This document shows, one piece after another, positions 26,258-36,024 of a stretch of 64,000 bases of DNA. The notes below the pieces were generated by a model that did no database searches, was not told the origin of the DNA, and saw nothing but the letters and a program-made list of their open reading frames with translations. The DNA is from Phoronis australis (Eukaryota > Animalia > Phoronida): contig NMRA01000051.1 of the NCBI GenBank assembly GCA_002633005.1, forward strand, positions 62,001 to 126,000, read 5' to 3'. The position numbers and the translations under genes were made by a program. The stretch's first letter is position 1; each line of letters opens with the position of its first letter.

Positions 26258-29200
26258 CTATACATCTCTCATCAACACATAACCTTTGCTTACTTTTGTG
26301 TGCTTAGTGTTTATATCTTTATTATTGCAGTGATCCTGGTCCTCACTTCCATCTCTAGTGTACTCCAAATCTGTTACCGATTCACCACAAGATGAACTAG
26401 TCTCTGCAAGTTCAGTTGGTTTTGACGATCTACATTCTCGAGACTCCCTTTTAATTTTTCGCTTTTTCTCCACCAGCGAAATTGACCACATCAAGTCTTC
26501 CTTCCAAAGATCTTCATTTGATGGATTAATATGTACTGCCTTGGAGAAACTTATTACTGCCTGAAATAAAATAAATTGTTACCTCATTTTTATGGCGAGC
26601 GAATGAAAACAATTAGCCACGGGTTAAAAACACCTATGACAAGTTTGTTTTACTAGAGTGACATAGAGTACACACCAAAACTATTGGACAAAAGTGGTCA
26701 GAATTTCCCTGTCATATCGACAGCACAACCAGTGCAGGTTGTAGACACATAAATATATCTTCATACACGTTCAGACATATACGTCCTTTGGACTAAAAAA
26801 TGTTTGCATTGAACAAGCAACCACCAGCAGGAGCCACGAGGCAAACACACAGATGATTGGTAATAATTCATCATCAGTAAGTCCACAGATATGTTTTACA
26901 ATGCACTTGCAATGTATTAATGCATCGAAACTTTGCTAATGCTAAATATTATCTAAAACTGGCTTTCGAGATAAATTCTGAGCCTGCCAAAGCCATATTA
27001 ATGGGCCAAACTAGCTGCAATTAAGGGTACTTGGAACAACAGGCTATTGCCCATCATGACTAGGTCATAACCGGACGAGCAAACTAAATTTAGTACGATT
27101 ACTTATGGAGTGTATGGACTAAACAGTTGAAATCTTATGCTAAATTTGAAACAACATATGTTTGCAACAAACCATGTTAAGTTTTCCTTTTTGATAAAAA
27201 CCCCACCCAATGGAACTTCTAACAGTTCTATTTATTTACATCTAGACCTTAACCCTGGCCACAATAAACTGAACATGTAACGTGGAATTTTTTGGTTAGC
27301 ATTTGCAGAACTTGAAATAAGTCTTAGTATGCATGTATATTTGCCTACATGTAAACAACGGCCCTTGAAGTAATCAGTGAGTTCTATTCAATTCACTGCT
27401 GAAATCATTAACATTAGGAAGAAATTGGCTATTGGTATTCATTACAGATTTTTTCTAAAATCGTGTAAATGAAGTTGCTATCAGTGTTAGGAAGAAATTG
27501 GCTATTGGTTGACTTAAAACTGATAGCAACTTCATTTACACAATTTTAGAAAAAATCTGTAAAGCATTTGACTGATAGAGTGTCAGATTCAAAGACACTG
27601 GGCAGCACTGTAATTGTAATATACATCAAAATGATTTCCTTGCCACGAAACATGAGACCTTCGCTAAAATTGATGGAGACGGGTGTTTCAGTTACTTTCT
27701 TTAAGTGGGTGAGCGCAGTTCTCAAAATGAGTTGAGCAGAGAACGGAACCAAGTATGCTTTTTTGTGCTGATTTCTGTGAAGCACTGCCACTTAGTTTTT
27801 GCGTAAGACCGATGTCCATAAGTTGGCTTGTTATGATAGTTTATTTTATGCCCTCATTTTTCCAAGGAAAGAAACTGCTACTCATCAGAGTAAAGAATTA
27901 CTCTTGACCAGTTCCAAGGTCTTAATTAAAAATTAAAAGTTTAGTAGGCAGGTTTACACCATCTTTAATTATTAACTCATCTACATTTAAATAATATAAA
28001 TAGTAGTTACCATTCCCACTTCACCAATACCAAGTTGTGCTCTACCGAGAGTTTGATATGCTTCCCACCAGGTGGGGCTAAGAGTCACAGCTTTTTCAGC
28101 GGCACTAACAGCAGGGAAAACTTCACAAAGTGCAATGTAAACCTGAAAAACAAATGGTGTTTTACAACAATTGTCTGATGATTATTTCAGCAGGGCTTGA
28201 TGTGCAGGTCACTTAAAATATCTGTCCTAGGTTGCATAAACCTTATCCACTAGATGACTCATAATTATTGGTACCGCTAAAAATTCTAGTTTGGGACAGT
28301 TCACAAAATTTAAGACACTGAAATTGAAGACAAATTGATTTTTTATATACTGAAGATTGTGGCTTGGGTGATTGGTGTTCAACATATTTCAGTTATTTAA
28401 CATCCTAAGACTTGGCAGTTCAGAAAACCAAAGAGGATAGCTGAAAGCCCAACATGTTCGTAAGTTTTTATTGTGAGTAACATAGAGATAAATGATTGCT
28501 TGTCATTAACCGTATTTCATGAATATGGGGCAGTCAACATTGGGAATTTCTAGTTTTTCACTTCCCAAAGTGGAGAATTTTTATCGTAAATTGATGGGTG
28601 ATAAAACAATGTCACAGTTATATAGTATATAAATTTTATGCAACCAAGCTCCGAACATATTGTAAAATGTAACTACATACAAATATGTTTTCAGTTGAAC
28701 AGTTTTTCTTAATGCATTTCAACTGGTTAGCTGTACAGGTAAGTTTCATACAACATCAAGTTTTACGCATTGACAAATAATGTGTCACGGGACCAGCATA
28801 AAGAGAAAACGAATAAGCAAGGACTGGAGTTGATAAGTGTATTCTGACTTTCTACACAATGACAACTTGAAGACAACTGCATTCTCCAGAGTAGACATCT
28901 GCATATCATTAGCTGCCAGCAATCAGAATATCACTAAACAAGAGCAATGCAGAGTGTTGATATGCACCCACCACGTGCATTGCATAGAGAGCAAATACAA
29001 GGGATGATCACTATTTTAAGCATTTACAATAAATGGATCAATGCCAGTAGCTTAAAATAGCTTCAAGGGGGTGCATAGCAGGTGAGCAATGCTCTCCTCA
29101 ATAGGAACACACTTGCCAAGCCCGTAAAACAAGTAAAACTTGCACTGGGGACACAGTGGTAGTCACATACAAATATCAAGCAAAGAGAAACAGTTGCGGA

Positions 29201-32200
29201 TGTGAAAAAACAATGCGTGACAGTGGTCAAACTGCCCAAAAATCGTCAACAACGCTCTTCTCACTAGGAACACATTAAATTTACCAATTTTCATAATGAT
29301 TATTGCTTTGGCCTATAGAAAGATGGACACCAAAAACAGAGTAAAACATAATAAAAAACAGCCATTAGGAGGCATACACTAAGTCAAAGCTATCTGGAAA
29401 CAAAAAGGTGTTATCGGCTCATTAATACAATTGCCAAATTTCATAAAAATCCACCAAGTAACTCCTAAGATGCAGAGAAAAGCGGAGAAAAATAAAATTG
29501 CCACAAGGGGGCATAGAAGGAGTTGGATCCATCCGAATGTCATCAACATCTGATGTCATCTTCATACAAATACACTCCCCAAATTTAATGATATTGCAGA
29601 GTGCTTAGGAGATATAGCAACAACAACAAAATTGCCACTAGGAGGTGCCACAGTAGTCGGTGCCATCCCATATCATTGTCACATGTCCTCTTACCAATAA
29701 AAAGATATAGGTCAATTTTCATAATCATTTTAAGAGTGCTTTGGCTGACAGAGAGGAAGACACCAAAAACAGATTAAAAAATAAAAAAACGACTGCGAGG
29801 TAGCGTGCACTATGTAAAGTCCATCTAAAAATGAAAAGATGTTATCGCTTCTTTAATAGAAATCTGTATACCAAATTTCATAAAAATCTGGCCTTGAACT
29901 CTAAAAATATCGAAAAAAACAAAAGAAAAAATGAAATTGCCACTAGGGGGCACAGTGATGTTGGATCCGTTCGAAAATCGTTGTCACCTGTTGCCACCTT
30001 CACATAAATACACTGCAAAGAGTTTAGGAGATATAGCCATGTAGGTAAAAAAAACTGCTACTAGGAAGAGCCACTGTATTCAGAGCCATCCCAAAATCAT
30101 CGTCAGTTGTCCTCTTTCCATTAGAAACATACCAGTCAACCCTTGCAGTGGTTTGGTATATAGACGGGCACACAGCAAAAAACAGATTCGAAAACAGTAA
30201 ACATGGCCACTAGGTGACGCAAAATATGTCAATTCCATTTGAAAATACGAAGGTGGTGTCATCTTTCTAATAGATACCTATTTGCTGAATTTCATGAAAA
30301 CCTGTTACGCAACACCGGAGATGCAAAGGCAAAAACATAAAAAATTAAAAGTACCACTAAGGGGCACACCAGTTGTTGGATCTGTTCAAAAATTCGCTCA
30401 CGTCGTCCCACCTATGAAAGGAACATAATTTTGCAAAATTTCATGAACATACATCAAGGGGTCTTGGAGATACAACAGAGACAGCTGGACTCTGGACGGA
30501 CTCCAGACGAACAGATGACAACATAATACGGCCACATATATATACCTGGGCGCATAATAATTACAACCGATTTGTAAGTCAGATATCAGGCGAATTTCAT
30601 GAGACACAACTAAGTACTTACAATAACCGTCACTAAGGTCATTACCCTCTCTCTAACATTTACCACAGTGTAAGGGGGAAACTTCATCATGTGACTACAA
30701 GTCCACCTAACCATCATTCTGAGGATGATCGCAGCCATTGGCGGTAGAAAACATTTAATTTATTGACACTACTCAATTGTGTTTCATGAAATCTACCTGA
30801 CAGTTGTCACAATAGACATCTGCGTATCAGAAGTGACCACTACTAACAGACTGCCCTGCCTGTCACCACGTAAATGTAATGTAGTCGATGTAGTTATCCA
30901 CCTAAATCATGATACATTTATGGATTCTGACCAAACTGACTTGGAGGAGAGAACCTATTCACATTCATTCTCGATGGACATGAAACTTTACCTGAGCCTT
31001 CATTTCATAGAGGGCAGCATCGTTGGGCGTTAACATCAAAGCTTCATCCCACTTTCCTACAGCTTCCCAATATCTAACACAGTAAACATAGGAATGAATG
31101 CTCAAAATCATGAGCCTGGAAGTCACAGAAATGTTTGGAACAGACAGTAAGAAAAAAATTATTGAAATGTAAAAATTATTATTTTAATTTTTTTCAATTT
31201 TGCCGTTTATTTGCAAACTCATAGTACAGTGCCGTAAAAATTCTTACGTTAGGGAAACAATATGGTTAATTTTTGGTCAAATTTCAGGACAAAAACAACC
31301 GTTTTGAAAAATCTCCTGTTTAAGTATAATTTGTAAGCTTTAGCTGCCACCAAACAACAAGTGGTAATTTTCTAAAGTTGTAGCAATTAAATAAACCTTT
31401 GAAAAAAGGAAAAAATTGTCCCAATATAAAGAATTTTTATCCCTTTACAATGCAATGTAATGAAATAGTGCACGGAATAGATCGGAACACAAATGTTAAA
31501 TTATACGTGCTTGTCTGCTATGAGCACAGGCACGTTGTGAAATTTGTGGTACCCAAACTACCTCTTCTCAGGGTAAATATTTTTTGCATCAATATGAAAC
31601 TGATGTTGGAAAGATTTACCATAATCGTCCGAGGTGAACACCCAAAGTGTTGGGAAACGAGATATTACTGTGGTTGAGCACGAACATTACAGTACAAGTC
31701 AAAAGTATTCAAACAAAATGATCTGCAATTTCTCATCATGACAACAAGGCAAATTCATAGTCACAGATTTTTACAGCAGTCCTCTCCCATGACTGACAAG
31801 CAAGGTGCATTTTTGTTCTGCTTCAGTTGACATCACGGCACAGTCCTGCTACTGCACAGTGGGACTGCATCTGAGATTTGTAAGACCTCATGCATTATTT
31901 CTGTGAATGGGGCTGTACTAGACTTTATGCTAGGTTATGCAACAAGATCGTGATTTTGTCCGCTTTCCCTGCTCAGTTGGGAAAATCACAAGTGAGCAAT
32001 TGGGGGATGGAAGCTATGTTGAAAGTTGTGGTTAACCCAGACAAGTAATTAGAATGCTTCAATTAGACACAAAAACTATTCAACGCGTGTCTAAATCTAT
32101 TCTGAATCCACTCGCCTTTCAAGTTCTGCCAAATTTGATCCTTCCCTTTTCAATCTTGAACTTTTACTCAGAGCATCCTCAACAGTTAGCAGTTGACGTT

Positions 32201-32345
32201 TGGGAGCAAGAGTAAGCCAATCTATTCCAGCATCATTCAGTTCTTTAACTTCATCCTCAATGTCTTTGCTATTGTCCTCAAATGCACGTTTTGTTGCCCT
32301 GTTGATACTCTGACCAGACTTCCTCTTCCATCCAAATGAGGTCAT
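26258..32345 (-). CDS. TTC33: Tetratricopeptide repeat protein 33, ~248 aa. Exons 32345-32116, 31073-30992, 28142-28011, 26560-26258
   Basis: MTSFGWKRK...IDWL...SRLKREGSNLAELER|YWEAVGKWDEALMLTPNDAALYEMKAQ|VYIALCEVFPAVSAAEKAVTLSPTWWEAYQTLGRAQLGIGEVGM|AVISFSKAVHINPSNEDLWKEDLMW matches the recalled TTC33 signature (MASFGWKRK; WDEALQLTP; QTLGRAQLGLGE; WKEDL). The first intron needs a GC donor. Confidence 0.9.
28225..28652. mobile_element. Possible old MITE (Harbinger-like ends)
   Basis: Short imperfect TIRs GGTTGCATAAA / TTTATGCAACC; no clear TSD. Confidence 0.35.
28936..30560 (-). mobile_element. Helentron/HINE-like element (same family as 15510-16310), in TTC33 intron 2
   Basis: Plus strand begins AAACAAGAGCAATGC...ATGCACCCAC, contains many TTGCCACTAGGGGGCAC / CCAAATTTCATAAAAAT units, and ends GGACGGAC...TGGGCGCATAATAA. 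Confidence 0.7.
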
Positions 32346-33478
32346 TTCTTTCCCCCAGACATAAATCGAGGCTATCCCATAACACACTGGGTAACACGGT
32401 AAATCCTACAAAGTGAGAAATATATTATTCAACAAAACAATCATTTGCTAAGTTTACCTCCGCACTTGAAGTTGAATTCCTCCTAAAATTTAGGTTAGGA
32501 TCATTTTTACATAAGTCAACAACAATGCATTAGGTTCCGGTACTCGTTGATGAATTTCGTTTCAATTTGGTTTTAATAACCCTTTGAACCATGGTAGATA
32601 ATGACCTACGAGTTGTGATGTTGGACTAAAGACTACAGGAGAGCTTTAGATGACCAGACTGGATCAATTAGACTTAATTAGGAAACTGTCATGGCCTGGA
32701 CTTGAAACCAAACAGGATGTCGTAGTAATGAACAAGTTACAAACCCTTGTATTCTTCAGTGACTCTTCTTGACACTAACTGCACCTTTCATCAAGTATTT
32801 TTGTACAAAATTTAGATATTTGATTAGAACGCACAAAATTCAAACCCCACTTTTTGTTGACTTGAAACTATTCACTGGAGAATGTCAAATGCATACCTGC
32901 TTTTGACTGTATTGTCGCACACTTTTTGAATGTTCTTCCCGCATCCCACCACAGACACTGTCAAATTTAAATGTCCTGCTATTCTGACACACATTGAGAT
33001 TGACTAAATATATCATCGTGATGTTCCATGCAATACGATTTTCAACATTTGACCCTTGAGCCATTTTTGGCCGTTGCATCAGACATTTCACTCTCCTTTT
33101 GCTGGCATGGACCCAGATGTCCCACATTATATTTGGAGGGTCCACATTTTCAATATCCCAGTTTTTTCATTCTCAGATGCTGGTAGCTATGCAGATGCCA
33201 CTGCTCTTCGTTACCAGATGGAGACTTGCATGCAGCCAAGGTGGCAATGCAATGACTGCATCTTACATGCGATTTTTTAGCACAACTACAGAAACAATTT
33301 TGACAATTGGAATTAAAAAATTTTAGCTAATACTAGACAAAAATCTGCACACAACCAAATAGATATCATCTCATTTCCATGAATTTTGATCTTTTAAGAT
33401 CACAGAATCGACTTTGACGTGCTGGAATCCATTTTGATTCAATGCTTTTCTTTAGACGTTTAGTGACCATGATGGCAA

Positions 33479-34266
33479 TGTTGTAGACGTGCTTCCGGTG
33501 AATNGGAACGTTGAATGCGCGACACAGTGCGAGAACGCGGTCCAAGGATAATACTAGTCTGAAGGAGGATAATAGTTTTATTACATACTCTTCTGCTGAT
33601 ACTACTGAGTCTGTTACAATCCATGCGATCATACACTTATATAGTGACATACATGAATCATAACAGGATATAGTGAACAAACATGTTTACTACAATTCCT
33701 CATGTTGGGGGTGTATTACATAATGGTTAATTCTCTGAACTACTCCTACACATGCACTCACTCGGATATGAGATCATACTCTAACAGTTAGCACGCTTGC
33801 TGGTTTTATGGGGGTCGCTGGTTCGATTCCCGAGACGGGTAATTTCGGCTATTACTACAAATGGCGTAGACGGCAAACGGCTGATCTACCGATGAAGCAC
33901 TGCCGACTAGTACCCGCGGACCTCGGGACGGCGCGCATGGAAGGTTGCAGGAGTCATGGACCTGTGTATGAGAGACTACCTTGTGTTCACCAGTGTGTGT
34001 TGTGGTGGTAAAAGTACCAAGGGACGTTGATGACCTACGTATGGGAGACATCCTGGTGTTCACCTTCCTGGTGGCGTGCCCGTTCCGTAGGAAAGGGGGG
34101 AATGTTGTAGACTGATGTGCTTCCAGTGAATCATATATGAGCCTCTGTTAGCCACTCGCTAACGGGCAATTGCCTATTAGATGAATGGTTAGCAAGCTTG
34201 CTGGTTTTATGGGGGTCGCTGGTTCGATTCCCGGGTTGGGTAATCTCGGCTATTATTATTACTACA
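33479..34266 (+). mobile_element. TRIM (miniature non-autonomous LTR retrotransposon) with a tRNA-like sequence in its LTRs
   Basis: 5' LTR 33479-33859 and 3' LTR 34103-34266, both TGTTGTAG...TACTACA. PBS TGGCGTAGACGGCA at 33862; PPT AGGAAAGGGGGGAA at 34089-34102. Flanks GCAA/GCGA give a 4-bp TSD with one mismatch. B box GGTTCGATTCC at 33820 and 34221. Confidence 0.8.
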
Positions 34267-34699
34267 GCGATAAGGTTTTAAATCATTACAACAATGGTTA
34301 GTCAATCGGGGAAAAGGGAAAACTGACACTGTTGATCACAGGCACTTGATACATAAAAGTACTATCACATGACCATATTGGATAGCAGCTGCATACTTTC
34401 GCTTTAGAATTGTATCAAGTGCCTGAGTGTACTTTTGATTGAGACTTGTCTCTGGCTGTGGTCTGTCGACGGATTTTGCAAGACTCGCATGTACAGTGTC
34501 AGTAACTGAGCTCAACGCTTCGAAATGTGGAAAAGTTACGATCTTTGCTGACATTTCAATAAATATAATTTTACCCAATCTAAATTGGCACTTCCATACG
34601 TCCTACAAAAAACAAGGCGATTTCAAATCATACCCAAACAGTTTGTTTTGATTTCCACTCTACGCAAACTTCACGGAGGCCACCATGTTTTAACAAATA

Positions 34700-34840
34700 A
34701 CTGTATTGGCCGATATGATTGGTCAGAATTTTACTTTTTATGTACAACCGAATTTGATTGGATAATATTGGTGAGACTCGTTTTGGTAATGAGGGGAAAT
34801 TTAAATGTCCAAAGGAACAACAAACTTAAGCGGTAGGTTG
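34700..34840. promoter_or_regulatory. Probable bidirectional TTC33/PIF1 promoter with clustered CCAAT boxes and a CHR-like element
   Basis: Four ATTGG (reverse CCAAT) at 34705, 34718, 34757 and 34767; TTTAAA at 34800; donor-like CG|GTAGGT at 34833. It lies between two divergent genes whose first coding exons both start right after splice acceptors. Confidence 0.5.
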
Positions 34841-36024
34841 AATCTACTGTAACTTTCACCACAATTTCTGGTTAAATAATAGATTCTAAGACGAGTATTA
34901 AGGTCACGAAAGTCAGGAACTCAACAGTCTCAGTCAAACTAACTGCACTCACAAAGTTGTGTTACAAAAAGAAATTCCTTTTGCACATGTCTTTGAGTAT
35001 TTATGGCACTTGCCACCAGAAAAGATATGCCACCGTTTTAATAGCGAATCACTGCTGTAAGTGTATTGCTAATCATGGCAAATTCTTAAAGTTATTATTT
35101 GTAATTAATTGACTTGTCGCAGCTTTGGCATAAAATCATCTATTCGTCACTTAGTTTCAAAAATGTAGGCCTAAACATGCTTAAACCTTTCTTCATTTTG
35201 TGGACAGAGTTCCGACTTGACCATATCATGTAACCAGTATTAGCACCATAAAATTACTATTAGCACCATAAAATTACAAAGATATATGCTGTGATATCTA
35301 CAGTTTTTACCACATGTTTAAAAACACTTTAATAGTTTATATTCTTTTCCTCATCCACTTTCTTGCTGCATTTACAACTGGCTGGAATAATGGAGATTAA
35401 GGCATGCCTGGATATTTTCGCTTTTTTGCTCTCTTGAAGTTTAAAAACATAATCAGGGTTGGGAATGCAAAACCTGTTGAATTTGGAAACAAGAAGATAT
35501 GAACTTCAAAATAGTCAACTGATTTTTCAGCTCTTGAAATCCAATCACTTGGGTAATGATTGATTTAATGCCCCATGAAGGACTAGAAATTTTATGGTGG
35601 TCCAAAACCATGTGTCATGGGATTAATAATTATGTTTCTGGTTTCTACCTGGAGTTTAGCTGGCCAATTATACATACACGAATAAATTATTGGGTGCTAC
35701 TTGTTTGTCCTGTAATTCTTCACATATTTCACACATGAATTAAAGCTAATATTTCTAAACTTCAAAGGCTAATTTGCTTGTTGCAAATAATTCTTACTTT
35801 GCTGATTATGTTAACTTATGATGTTTATCAGCACAGGATAAGCCAAACTTGTACACTAGCATGTTGTAAGTTTACTTAAACAAAATAACTGATATTTCAC
35901 ATGCCCACCATATTGTGTGCTTAAAAGGTGAAGAATTACCAAACATGAATGTGAATTTACATTTAATTAATGCCAACATACTGCTTTATATTTTCCACTT
36001 TTGATTATTTTCAGCAGTAGCTGC

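Noticed and set aside
34171-34240. Functional tRNA gene
   Set aside because: A/B boxes are present, but the acceptor, anticodon and T stems do not pair properly, and it sits inside an LTR.
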